Shown: positions 1 through 9,301, counted from the first letter of the stretch. The stretch is DNA of 64,000 bases from an uncultured Acidimicrobiia bacterium (GCA_966252305.1 CBINOO010000001.1:17979-81978); one strand, 5' to 3'. Notes: a model not told the origin generated them from the letters alone. Numbers and translations are program-made.

Positions 1-1417
1 CCGCAGCCGTCGGATAAGTCCACCCCGACAACGCGCGCGCCACTTCCTTGACCGTCGCCTGCGAATAGGTCAGCACCGGTTGCCCGTTCTGCTCGACGAC
101 CGACCCGTCCATGTTCAACTTCACGAGACCAATGGAGAACAACTGCAGGAGTTCACGCGGGTAGTTCTCGTTGGGCGCATTCCCGCCGGTGCCCACACTG
201 TTGGCCAGGTCAAGGAACTTGCCCATCGAGGGACTGATCGTCATGTCGCGCAAGAGCGCGCGGTAGTTGCCGAAGGCGTGTTTCTCGAGGAACGACACCC
301 AGGGAATCAGCTCGTAGCCGTTGACCAGCTTGTTGTTGGACACGACGAGCGTCTGACTCAGCGCGAACATCATGCGCTGCCGGAGCTGGTCCGTACCGTT
401 GGCCATCTTTTCAAACAGGTGGGCGCGAACCTGATTCGTATCGAGCCCGGCAGGCACCGGAGTGATGGGGGCCTTCAACTGCATCGCAATCCACCGCTTC
501 GGGCCGTTCGCCATCACCTCCTGCATCAACGCGGCGGTTGGTCCAAACGTCGCCTGCTGCAGGAACCGCTCCGCCGTCAGGGCGTCCACGGGCTCAGCCG
601 CCGGCAGCGGCTCATCGGCAAACGACGGCGGAATGGAGGCGACAGGAGCGGGTTCCCACGCTGGGGCAGGTGGGACGGGTGGTGCAGGTGGTGTTGGAGG
701 AGCCGGTGGTGTGGAGGGAGTGGGAGGCGCGGGGGGCGTCGGCGGCGCAGGGGCGTCGATGACGTTCACCGTGTAGCGCGCTTTTTCGGTCCACACCTGA
801 TAGACCACGACCGAGATCTTCGTCTGGCCGTCGCAGACCCACGCTTGCGACGTTCCGCCGCTCGCAATCTGGTTGCCGCCGACATACAGCTTGTGTGTCG
901 GGTCGGTGAGCGTCGCCGTGACGGGCACGGCGCAGCTGGTCCGCGTCATCGTGTACTGCGTCGTCGCTGGATCAAACGCCGGTGTCAGGCCGGGAATGGT
1001 CAAGCTCGCGAGGTACGTCGCCGGCGCTGGAGGCGGAGGAGGCGGCGCATCAACGAGCGTAATCGTGTAACGACCGACCTCAGTCCAGTTCTGGTAGACA
1101 ACAACCGAGAACTTCGTGACGCCCCCACATGCCCAGACCTGACGAGTCTGGCCCGAGGCCGTCGGGTTGCTGGCGACGTACAACATGTGCGCCGGGTTCG
1201 CGAGCGTCGCGGTCACCGACACCGCACAGCTGGCCGGCCGCGGCACGGTGTAATTGCTGGTCATCGGGCTGAAGGCGGGGCTTAAGCCAGCCACCGTCAG
1301 CGACGACAAGGCGCCTGTTTGCGCCGGCACCGGAACTGTACCGAGCAGCAGCACGGCAGCCAGCGCCAGCCCCGCCACTCTGCACTTATCCCATACCAAG
1401 GTCACGGTCTTGTTCAT
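1..1417 (-). CDS. Secreted DUF1800 family protein with two N-terminal cadherin-like beta-sandwich repeats and a Pro-rich linker (runs off left edge)
   Basis: Not in ORF track; manual translation from ATG 1417 (AGGAGA SD upstream): MNKTVTLVWDKCRVAGLALAAVLLLG..; DUF1800-type motifs RFLQQATFGP, DQLRQRMMFALSQ, HAFGNYRALL, PNENYPRELLQLFSIGL. Confidence 0.85.
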   Translation of the reverse strand, partial: MNKTVTLVWDKCRVAGLALAAVLLLGTVPVPAQTGALSSLTVAGLSPAFSPMTSNYTVPRPASCAVSVTATLANPAHMLYVASNPTASGQTRQVWACGGVTKFSVVVYQNWTEVGRYTITLVDAPPPPPPAPATYLASLTIPGLTPAFDPATTQYTMTRTSCAVPVTATLTDPTHKLYVGGNQIASGGTSQAWVCDGQTKISVVVYQVWTEKARYTVNVIDAPAPPTPPAPPTPSTPPAPPTPPAPPVPPAPAWEPAPVASIPPSFADEPLPAAEPVDALTAERFLQQATFGPTAALMQEVMANGPKRWIAMQLKAPITPVPAGLDTNQVRAHLFEKMANGTDQLRQRMMFALSQTLVVSNNKLVNGYELIPWVSFLEKHAFGNYRALLRDMTISPSMGKFLDLANSVGTGGNAPNENYPRELLQLFSIGLVKLNMDGSVVEQNGQPVLTYSQATVKEVARALSGWTYPTAA

Positions 1418-1483
1418 GCGTCTCCTCTTTCCGAAACGAATGACGCAAAACGGACGGTCGTATTACCATCCCCCTGCCCGGCG

Positions 1484-2521
1484 ATGCCGTTACTCGACGA
1501 GTTCCTGAAGGCCGACGATGAACAGGCGGCCACCGAGGCTTTGGGCCGCTTGCTCGACCCCGGCATCCTGCAACTCATCCAGCGGACCGTCACACACGAA
1601 CTTGCGCGGTCCCGTCGGGCAGCCTCGGCCATCGACGATGTGACCGCCGAAGTTCACATGCGCCTGGTGGCGCGATTGCAGGCGTGGCGGGCTGGTGCGG
1701 AAGACCCTGTCGACAATCTCCATGGGTATGCGAGGACCCTCGCACTCCACGCCTGCTACGGCGTCCTCCGCCGCGAGTTTCCCGAGCGCACCCGTCTGCG
1801 AAACAAGGTCCGGTATGTCCTGACGCACCACCCGGACATGGCGATCGACACTGACGAATCCGGCCAGTCAACGGCAAGACTCACGACCCTGCGTCGCGCG
1901 CCGGCCGGCGGATCAACGCGAGCGTGGTTAGACGATCCGACTGGGGTGTCCGAGCGGCTTGGGCTTGGCCCCTCCACACCGATCCCCCAACTGACACGAC
2001 GGGTGCTTGAACACTGTGATGTCCCGCCGAGACTCGACGAATTGGTTGACGGACTCGCGCGGGTGCTGGGTATCGCGGATGCGCCACTCGTCACCGAGGA
2101 CGCGTCTGGTGCCGTCGGCGTCGACCTGCCCTCACCCGAACCGGACATCGCCGCGCTCCTTGAGCACCGCGAGGCGTTGGGGCAAGTCTGGTTGGAACTG
2201 CTGGAGTTGCCGCCCGGACAGCGGGCGGCCCTGCTGCTCAACCTCAGGGACGCGGACGGCAGCGCGCTGATTCAGACGTTCCCGGCAACGGGAATAGCGG
2301 ACAAGGCCGCGCTGGCCGGGGCCCTCGGCATGACGATGGCGGACCTTGAGGTGTTGTGGCCGGACCTTCCTCTCGATGACTTGCGGGTGGCCGCCCGGCT
2401 CGGCATTACGCAGCAGCAGGTCATCAATCTGCGGAAATCCGGGCGGGCGCGCCTGGCCAGGCGCCTTGCGCCGGTAATATCCGCGCCAGTCGATCATCAT
2501 TCACAGGGAAAGGCACTCTGA
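1484..2521 (+). CDS. ECF-type RNA polymerase sigma factor, long variant
   Basis: Sigma2-like DDVTAEVHMRL..YARTLALHACYGVLRR; sigma4-like LPPGQRAALLL and C-terminal HTH VAARLGITQQQVINLRKSGRARL; start trimmed to ATG 1484. Confidence 0.75.
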   Translation: MPLLDEFLKADDEQAATEALGRLLDPGILQLIQRTVTHELARSRRAASAIDDVTAEVHMRLVARLQAWRAGAEDPVDNLHGYARTLALHACYGVLRREFPERTRLRNKVRYVLTHHPDMAIDTDESGQSTARLTTLRRAPAGGSTRAWLDDPTGVSERLGLGPSTPIPQLTRRVLEHCDVPPRLDELVDGLARVLGIADAPLVTEDASGAVGVDLPSPEPDIAALLEHREALGQVWLELLELPPGQRAALLLNLRDADGSALIQTFPATGIADKAALAGALGMTMADLEVLWPDLPLDDLRVAARLGITQQQVINLRKSGRARLARRLAPVISAPVDHHSQGKAL

Positions 2522-2522
2522 C

Positions 2523-3488
2523 GTGACCGGCCACCTTGACCACCCAGCACACGAACTGCTGGTTGCCTACGCAGACGGACGGGCGGATGCGGCAGACCAG
2601 GAATGGATCGACACGCACCTCGAGTTCTGCTCGACGTGCGCCGAGGATGTCGCCGATCTTCGCGAGATGCAGCGGGCGCTGCTGGTGCCGATGTCCGTTA
2701 CCACGGACGCCGCTGCTCCTCGGCGATGGCTGCGTTGGGTAACGGTGGCTGGCGCGGCCGCCGCGGCGGTCCTCGCTGTCTTGTGGCTCCGGCCGTCTCC
2801 CGAGGTTCAGCCACCCACATCTGAGGCGCCGATCGTCGCGCAGGCTGATCCTGTCCCCGCTGGGCAGCCGGATGCGGCTCCGGCGCCCTCGGTACTCACG
2901 ACGGCGGAAGTCGCGCTTGTTGCTCGCGCGACTGAGCGCGGCGTCGCACCTCGACCATCGTTTGACTCTGCGATCCGGCTACCCATGGGAACGCTGCTGG
3001 GCGATCGCACGGACGCGCCGACGGTGCGGCTCGTCGCGCCATACGGCACTGCCGTCGATACCCTCCGCCCAGAGTTCAGGTGGAACGCGGTCACCGGAGC
3101 GACGATGTACACGGTGTCGGTCTTTAATGAGGCCTTCGAGGAAGTGGCCTCCTCCGGCCCACTGCGTGGTGTCACCCGCTGGACACCGGCGGCCGACCTG
3201 CCGGCTAATACCGTGTTGTCGTGGCAATTGACGACGGAGTTGCCGTCGGGGCGAGTTGTGAGTCCCGCGCCGCCCCTGCCTGAAGCGAGATTGATTGTGC
3301 TGTCTGCCGAGCGCCGCGCCGCCGTGGCTGAGGCCCGTCGGCGTCTTGCGGATGAACCACTGGCGCTTGGCCTGGTGCTGGCTGAGGCGGGTCTCTACGC
3401 GGACGCGCGACGCACGCTGGAGCGCGCTGCGACTGATGCACGTTACGATGCGGCGGCTGTTCGACGCCTCATCGCGTCTCTCTCTTGA
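2523..3488 (+). CDS. zf-HC2 membrane anti-sigma factor with extracytoplasmic beta domain and C-terminal TPR-like helices
   Basis: HxxxCxxC motif (HLEFCSTC), single TM helix ([18 protein letters not shown]), starts 1 nt after the sigma gene. Confidence 0.8.
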   Translation: MTGHLDHPAHELLVAYADGRADAADQEWIDTHLEFCSTCAEDVADLREMQRALLVPMSVTTDAAAPRRWLRWVTVAGAAAAAVLAVLWLRPSPEVQPPTSEAPIVAQADPVPAGQPDAAPAPSVLTTAEVALVARATERGVAPRPSFDSAIRLPMGTLLGDRTDAPTVRLVAPYGTAVDTLRPEFRWNAVTGATMYTVSVFNEAFEEVASSGPLRGVTRWTPAADLPANTVLSWQLTTELPSGRVVSPAPPLPEARLIVLSAERRAAVAEARRRLADEPLALGLVLAEAGLYADARRTLERAATDARYDAAAVRRLIASLS

Positions 3489-3825
3489 TCTTTTCCATCG
3501 GCCGCCCCTTGGCGAGTTCGTCGACAAGTTTGTCCATGTAGCGGATCTTGCGCATGAGCGGATGCTCGATTTCCTGAATCTTCACGCCGCAGATCGTTCC
3601 CGTGATCTTGTCGGCGTTGGGATTGAGCGCCGGCGCCTCGTCGAAAAATGTCTCCAGGCTCACGCGTTTCTCGATCTGCGCCGCCAGCGTTTTTGGTGAG
3701 TAGCCGGTCAACCAGCAGATGACCTCATCAACTTCCTGCTTCGTCCGGCCCTTCTTCTCTGCCTTGGTGACGTAGTGCGGATAGACCCCCGCAAACGCCA
3801 TCTTGAACACACGCTCGTTATTCAT
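3469..3825 (-). CDS. DUF2200 family protein
   Basis: [45 protein letters not shown]; ATG overlaps tsdA stop (ATGA). Confidence 0.85.
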   Translation of the reverse strand: MNNERVFKMAFAGVYPHYVTKAEKKGRTKQEVDEVICWLTGYSPKTLAAQIEKRVSLETFFDEAPALNPNADKITGTICGVKIQEIEHPLMRKIRYMDKLVDELAKGRPMEKIKRETR

Positions 3826-4805
3826 CTCCCCGATCCTACCTGCCGCCACCTGCCGCCACCCGCCGCCACCTGCTTGTAGTACTCCTCAATCGGCTTGAAG
3901 GGCCCCAGGCGATGCTGCTCGGTCGGGAACGGATCGGCCCACGGCGGGTACGGCGAGTCGATGGGTTTGGTGGTGCGATCGGGATAGTCGCGTGAGAGCT
4001 CTTCCGGATTCATCTGCGGACGCGGTTGTGCGTTGATGAACGCGGCCACGTCAAACGCCTGATCGTCGGTGAGCGTCGGTTTGCCGAAGGGCATCTTGGC
4101 CTTGATGAACCGTGCGGCGGTCAGGATGCGCGCCATGCCGGCGCCGTTGTTGTAGCTGTCGGGGCCCCAGACAGGCGGAAACACGTAGCCGCGAGCCGGA
4201 TCAAGCGCTGACGCGCGCAGGCCGCTGCCGTCACGGGCATGGCACAAGGCGCACTGTTCGCGGTAGATGCTGCCACCGGCTTCGACTGAGGCGGCGCGAT
4301 CCGGTGTGCGGAATGGCGGCGGCTCATTCACAGCCTTCGCAAGCGCCGGCATCGCCGCGTACTCCTCGCTCAGCTGCTGGATGTACGCCACCATCGCGTT
4401 GAGCTCGACGCTGTCTCGTGGCAACACACGCCCGTTCATGCTCCGCTGCATGCAGCCGTCGATGCGATGTTTCAGGTCGCGCTCGCCGCCGTCACGGCCG
4501 GAGAAACGCGGATACCGCTGATAGGTCTCTGTCAGCGACAACTGACCGGGCATCGTGCCGGCCTGCAGGTGACACGACTGACAGTTCAGGCGATTCCCCG
4601 TGTATCGCATCTCCGGATCCGGGTGATCCGGCCCGAGCAGCGTCACGGTCTGCGTAATCAGCTGTCGCCCATACTCTGGCGTCGCCGCAGCCTGCACGCC
4701 GCCGGTCTGGCGCGACGCACGCGAGCTCAGAAGAAACAGCGTACTTGCCAGTGCGACGACCCCAAGCACAGCAGTGACGCCAAGGGCCACGGTCCAGTTC
4801 TTCAT
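3822..4805 (-). CDS. tsdA: Diheme cytochrome c thiosulfate dehydrogenase / tetrathionate reductase
   Basis: N-terminal signal/anchor; CQSCH and CALCH hemes; active-site [12 protein letters not shown]; [16 protein letters not shown]; KMP heme-2 ligand loop. Confidence 0.85.
   Translation of the reverse strand: MKNWTVALGVTAVLGVVALASTLFLLSSRASRQTGGVQAAATPEYGRQLITQTVTLLGPDHPDPEMRYTGNRLNCQSCHLQAGTMPGQLSLTETYQRYPRFSGRDGGERDLKHRIDGCMQRSMNGRVLPRDSVELNAMVAYIQQLSEEYAAMPALAKAVNEPPPFRTPDRAASVEAGGSIYREQCALCHARDGSGLRASALDPARGYVFPPVWGPDSYNNGAGMARILTAARFIKAKMPFGKPTLTDDQAFDVAAFINAQPRPQMNPEELSRDYPDRTTKPIDSPYPPWADPFPTEQHRLGPFKPIEEYYKQVAAGGGRWRQVGSGR
3841..3870. repeat. Three tandem 10-nt units (GGTGGCGGCR on minus strand) in tsdA 3' end
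   Basis: tgccgccacc tgccgccacc cgccgccacc read directly. Confidence 0.8.
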
Positions 4806-7339
4806 CGTTCTCTCAATCCCTGATCCCAGAACTGCTCGATGTACCAGGCGACAGCATCCATCTCGGCTTCGCTCAGGCGTGTCGACCAGGCGCCCATGCG
4901 CGTGCCTTCGACGCCGTTCCGGATGGCCTCACGCATTCGCGCGCCTTTCTGGAGCCTGAAATTCGTCGGCGGCACTTCAAGCTGATGCGCGGCCCAGCCT
5001 CGACCATCACCCTGATCCCCATGGCATTGCGCGCAGTTCTCAGCGTACACGCGCGCGCCGATCGTTTGCTGCTCAGCGGTCGCGCCCATGCGGATTTGGT
5101 CGTGTTTCATCGGACGAGGGTTTCCGGAGTCATCGACCACCGTGCCAAGAAACTCGATGAGATCCGCGAACTCCTGCGGGCTGCGGTCGCGCCATGCCGG
5201 CATCGCGGTGCCAGGCACTCCATGCCACAACACCTCAATCAGTCGCTCCCGACGATAAAACCCACGAAGGTCTGCGGGGCGCGGCAATAACGCAGCCGCC
5301 GCGGGACCGTCGCCGGCCGTCGACACACCGTGGCAACTCGCGCACAGCTCCGCGTAGATCGTCGCGCCCTGCTGCGAATTTCCGTTCATCGGGATCTCGG
5401 GCAAATCGCCAGTCCGGCGCCGTGATGCCGGGTGTGACGCAATCGTCCCAAGCTCGCCCTCGGACAACGCCCGCGCGCGACCGAGCGTCTCGATGTACGC
5501 CACGACGTCGAGCGCCTCCTGCTTCGGCCGTGTCGGTCCATCGCCAAACAGATGCTGGTAACCGGGCATCACCGACTGCGACACCACGAGGCGCGGGTCA
5601 TACAGATGGACGAGTTGCCAATCGGCAGAGCGAGTGCCATGGGCACGCGCAAGGTCCGGCCCGATGCGCCTGGTGCCCATCATCTGCGGGTAGTCCTGCG
5701 CGCTCTCCCACGCCAGCGTTGGCGCGCCGAATCTCGCCTGATCGGCTGTCGTGAATCGAACCTGCTGGGTGTGACAGTACGCGCAGCCTTCCCGCGCGTA
5801 AATGCCGCGGCCACGCAGTTCGCTCGCTGTCAGCGGCACGGTGTGCTCCGGCGTGTCGGCACGCACTTGCGCCTGGAGCGCGCGCACCGGCGCCCAGCCT
5901 AGTGACGTCACGGAAAACACGAACGATGCGATGCCGGCCACGAAGGCGGACAGGTAGGCCATGTTGAGGCCGGTCGATGGTTCGGCTTCCCCCGGTGCGG
6001 ACGGGACGGCTTCCGGAGCATCAGCACCGCGCGGACCGGTCAGCAGCCCCTGCAGCAGATCGATGAACCCGCCCAGCACGAGCAGCCCGGTGACCGACCG
6101 CGTGATCCAGGCGTGGCGTGAGACCACGACCGAGACGATCCACGGCGCGCCTGACTGCCAGTAGTTCGCCTGCACGAGCCCGGCAACGGTCAGGTCCGCC
6201 ACCATCAGCGACACGCCGATGAGCAGTGACCAGTACGCGCGATTGACCGCGCGCGGATTAAACGACAGCCCGGGCGTGCGCTGCCACGCAAACACCAGGC
6301 CGGCCGCTGTCGCAAACGACGCAAAACCCAGCATCGCCAGGTGCGAGTGACCAATCACCCAGTCGGTGAAGTGCACGACCTGATTCACCGTCATGAACGC
6401 CTGCATCGATCCCTGCAGACTGACGATCAGGTACAACACGGTCGACATGATCGCGAAGCGCAACGCGAGGTCCTTCGGAAACAGTCCACTGCCCTTCGCG
6501 GTGAGCAGCAGGTTTGACACCACCAGAATCACCACGAGACCCAGCACTGCCGACGCCGCGATCGCGGCATATTGCGCCGCCATCGGAATGACCGAGTACA
6601 CGTAGTGGTGCGTGCCGTTGAGCGGATACACGAAGAACAACAGCCAGAAGCCGAGCATCGACCACCGATGGCTGTAGATCGGCCGTTGCGCCGCGGCGGG
6701 GATCACGAAATACAGGATCGCCAGCGCAAGCGGCGTCACGAACAGGCCAACGGCGTCATGAATCCACAGGCCGCTCAACGCGGCCCCCTGCGCGCCCGGC
6801 AGGAACTCGGGCGCAATGTTGCCCATCGGATACGAGAACAGCGTGAAGACGAGGCCGCCAATCACGTACCACGCCGACACATACAACGCGCCGAGTCCGC
6901 GCGCAAACAATGGCGGCACGAACTGCACAATCGCCAGGGCGATGCCGATGGCGACGCCGGCATCAACGACAAGCGGAAACTCTGCCCATTCAAGCGGCTG
7001 ACTGACGCCGGCGAGCACCAGGGCCCAGCCTGGCACCATCACCGCCAGATTCCACAAGCCAAACAGCCAGACGCCAAGCGCGCCGCTGGTCACCGGGCGC
7101 TGCGCCATCCGCGGCACGGCGAAGTACAGAAACGCCAGGAACGCGTTGCCCAGCCAGCCGAGCATGATGCCCTGTGTGTGCGCGTACCGAATGCGTCCCC
7201 AGCTCAACGCCGGCACACCCGCGCCCAGCTCGGGCCACCACAACTGAATGGACGCGATCAGGCCAAAGAGAACGGACAACAGCAGGGTGACAAGCGCAGC
7301 GAGGCCGTGCGCGCGAAGAAGTCTGGCCTCTGCGTTCAC
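4802..7339 (-). CDS. ccoNO: Fused cbb3-type heme-copper oxidase: CcoN + CcoO + two extra cytochrome c domains
   Basis: Six His ligands (YAHTQ, WIHDAVG, GTHHY, IGHSH), helix VII Tyr (FVYP); CcoO motifs EGCAYCHTQQVR, RIGPDL, SVMP; extra CASCH..AMP and CAQCH..RMG. Confidence 0.85.
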   Translation of the reverse strand: MNAEARLLRAHGLAALVTLLLSVLFGLIASIQLWWPELGAGVPALSWGRIRYAHTQGIMLGWLGNAFLAFLYFAVPRMAQRPVTSGALGVWLFGLWNLAVMVPGWALVLAGVSQPLEWAEFPLVVDAGVAIGIALAIVQFVPPLFARGLGALYVSAWYVIGGLVFTLFSYPMGNIAPEFLPGAQGAALSGLWIHDAVGLFVTPLALAILYFVIPAAAQRPIYSHRWSMLGFWLLFFVYPLNGTHHYVYSVIPMAAQYAAIAASAVLGLVVILVVSNLLLTAKGSGLFPKDLALRFAIMSTVLYLIVSLQGSMQAFMTVNQVVHFTDWVIGHSHLAMLGFASFATAAGLVFAWQRTPGLSFNPRAVNRAYWSLLIGVSLMVADLTVAGLVQANYWQSGAPWIVSVVVSRHAWITRSVTGLLVLGGFIDLLQGLLTGPRGADAPEAVPSAPGEAEPSTGLNMAYLSAFVAGIASFVFSVTSLGWAPVRALQAQVRADTPEHTVPLTASELRGRGIYAREGCAYCHTQQVRFTTADQARFGAPTLAWESAQDYPQMMGTRRIGPDLARAHGTRSADWQLVHLYDPRLVVSQSVMPGYQHLFGDGPTRPKQEALDVVAYIETLGRARALSEGELGTIASHPASRRRTGDLPEIPMNGNSQQGATIYAELCASCHGVSTAGDGPAAAALLPRPADLRGFYRRERLIEVLWHGVPGTAMPAWRDRSPQEFADLIEFLGTVVDDSGNPRPMKHDQIRMGATAEQQTIGARVYAENCAQCHGDQGDGRGWAAHQLEVPPTNFRLQKGARMREAIRNGVEGTRMGAWSTRLSEAEMDAVAWYIEQFWDQGLRER

Positions 7340-7357
7340 CTGCCGAGTGCTCCGCTG

Positions 7358-8020
7358 CTATCCGACGTACATGAATGTGTAGCCGTACTCCTGCGCGCGG
7401 GTAATGGCCACGACGCCTGCGGCCATGATGTGCGCGTTGGGAATCGTGTTCGACTCCAGTTCCTTGAAGATCGGCTGAAAATCATTGCCGTCGCCGGCAA
7501 TGCTCGTTGCGTAGAAGCGTGTGGCGAGGCCGCACACGGCGAAATGTGCGCCACGTTTGGCCAGGTTGTCGAGGGCAGGGCGCTCACCGGAGTTGCGTGG
7601 GTTGGTCGTGGGCGGCTTGGCCGGATCGTAATCCGCAAGGCTGATCCGCTCGGCAAACACCTTGCCGTACTTCGCCCACATCGCATTGTTGAAGGCAAAC
7701 GCGGTGGCGTGATGACGCAGGCACAGGATCAACGCGAGGTCCGCCGGTTCCAGCTGATACCCGGAACGATTCGCGTTGTACCAGTTGTTCGAGTACCCGA
7801 TCCCCTGCGCGGCGCCGTCAGGCGACACCGTGTCGACGATCACCCGGTGTTTGCCTGGCAGCTGTCCCATCCACGCGTCCTGCTCATGCCGCGCGGGCTG
7901 AAACGGTTCTGCGGCAGCGGGCGCCTGCGCGCCAAGGTCGACCGAACCGACCACAAGGCCGGCCGTAGCCGCGCCTACTCCGGTGAGAAGCGTTCGACGA
8001 TCGATGGGTTCATGCGCCAT
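7358..8020 (-). CDS. Tat-exported DsrE/DsrF-like protein
   Basis: Twin-arginine DRRTLL signal; RGAHFAVCGLA Cys motif; C-terminal AGVVAITRAQEYGYTFMY typical of DsrE-fold proteins. Confidence 0.7.
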   Translation of the reverse strand: MAHEPIDRRTLLTGVGAATAGLVVGSVDLGAQAPAAAEPFQPARHEQDAWMGQLPGKHRVIVDTVSPDGAAQGIGYSNNWYNANRSGYQLEPADLALILCLRHHATAFAFNNAMWAKYGKVFAERISLADYDPAKPPTTNPRNSGERPALDNLAKRGAHFAVCGLATRFYATSIAGDGNDFQPIFKELESNTIPNAHIMAAGVVAITRAQEYGYTFMYVG

Positions 8021-8035
8021 AGGTTGCCTCGGGCG

Positions 8036-8371
8036 TCATTCTACCCCCTCGCTGCCGGGCTGCGGCGTCTGGCAGTTCCAGCACGCCGTGAACTCGGCAT
8101 CCACCATCTCGCCGCAGGTGTCGCAGCGCCAGGGCCGCCCAAGGCCGCCAGACTGCGTGGGTCCGGCGTCGTTGATGATGGCCAGCGCCTCCTCCACCTG
8201 TCCATCGTCATCCACCCACACCGAGGGCAGCGTTGACGGCGTGACCGGCACCTCTCCGCGAGCCGCAAACAGCGACTCGCCCTGCACGTGACTGCCGATG
8301 CCGCGGCTCTGGAGCAGGCCTGCGATGAGGTGGGCTTCGGTGGGATGATTCGCGATGAAGACCTTGGTCAT
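8036..8371 (-). CDS. DUF2007 domain protein with C-terminal RanBP2-like zinc finger
   Basis: EAHLIAGLLQSRGI..GE motif; WRCDTCGE..FTACWNC. Confidence 0.8.
   Translation of the reverse strand: MTKVFIANHPTEAHLIAGLLQSRGIGSHVQGESLFAARGEVPVTPSTLPSVWVDDDGQVEEALAIINDAGPTQSGGLGRPWRCDTCGEMVDAEFTACWNCQTPQPGSEGVE
8038..8043 (-). promoter_or_regulatory. Putative -10 element (TAGAAT) for the DsrE-like/ccoNO/tsdA unit
   Basis: Minus strand GGGG-TAGAAT-GACGCCCGAGGCAACCT-ATG; near-consensus -10 followed by GAGG SD. Confidence 0.5.
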
Positions 8372-9294
8372 GATTCCCTCACGAGATCGCGGATGGCGGA
8401 TGTCACATCGGGGAACTCGAACGTAAAGCCTTCCTGTTCCAGCCGCGTGGACACACAGTATCGCCCGTAGAGCACCAGCTCGGGATCGGTGCGAAGCACC
8501 AGCGCTGCGCCAAGACGGATAAGGCCGGCGGGCGCCGGCAAACCTATGGGCATACGCAGGGCGCGCCGCAGCGTCCGCATGAACTCGGCGTTGGACACCG
8601 GTGACGGCGCCGTGGCGACATACATCCCGGACACGTCGTCACGGTCGATCGCGCGGGCAAACAACCGGTTCATGTCGTGTTCGTGTATCCAACTGATCCC
8701 CTGCCGGCCGTGCCCGGCCGTGCCTCCCAGCCCGACACGCGCCAGGCGGCGCAGTGTTGGAAACGCACCGCCCCCTCGTCCGAGCACGAAGCTTGTGCGC
8801 AACACGACACCACGCGTGGCGCTTGGGCACGCCCGCGCGAACGCGGCCTCCCACGCCTGGCCGACAAATGGCGCCAGCCCGTATCCGGGTGCAGAACCTT
8901 CGGTGCATACGAGGGATGGCGGATCGCCGTAGATGTGGGCCGTGGACATCTGCACCCAGACCCGCGGAGTCACCTGCCTGGAGGCCAGGGCGTCGCCGAG
9001 CACCAAGGTGGACTCGACGCGGGAGCGCAGGATCTCGTCGCAGTGGTCCGGCGTCTTGACGCAGTCCACCGTGCGACCGGCGAGGTTCACGATCGCGTCC
9101 GCGCCGTACAACGCATCGGCCCACGGGCCAACTGTCCTGGCATCCCACACCACATGCCGCCACGGGTCGCCCGCTCGTCCCGCACCCCTGCCGAGGACGG
9201 TAACGTGATCACCGCGCGCGGTCAGAAATGCCGCGAGGCTGCGACCCAGAAACCCGGTACCGCCGGCAATGACGACGTGACGGGGCGTCGCCAT
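8368..9294 (-). CDS. TIGR01777 / YfcH-like NAD-dependent epimerase family protein
   Basis: AGGTGFLG, VNLAG, SRVEST, SWIHEHD, PVSNAEF, GFTFEFP motifs. Confidence 0.85.
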   Translation of the reverse strand: MATPRHVVIAGGTGFLGRSLAAFLTARGDHVTVLGRGAGRAGDPWRHVVWDARTVGPWADALYGADAIVNLAGRTVDCVKTPDHCDEILRSRVESTLVLGDALASRQVTPRVWVQMSTAHIYGDPPSLVCTEGSAPGYGLAPFVGQAWEAAFARACPSATRGVVLRTSFVLGRGGGAFPTLRRLARVGLGGTAGHGRQGISWIHEHDMNRLFARAIDRDDVSGMYVATAPSPVSNAEFMRTLRRALRMPIGLPAPAGLIRLGAALVLRTDPELVLYGRYCVSTRLEQEGFTFEFPDVTSAIRDLVRES

Positions 9295-9301
9295 GCAAGT
9301 C

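Noticed and set aside
655-760. 9-nt periodic GC-rich sequence
   Set aside because: Explained by the PAPPTP protein linker; codon-level degeneracy, not a DNA element
80-1285. 401-aa plus-strand ORF
   Set aside because: Antisense shadow of the DUF1800 gene; Arg-rich with no recognisable motifs
4802-7339. Nitric oxide reductase assignment
   Set aside because: No Glu four residues after the helix VI His, and the helix VII Tyr is retained; fits a C-family O2 reductase better
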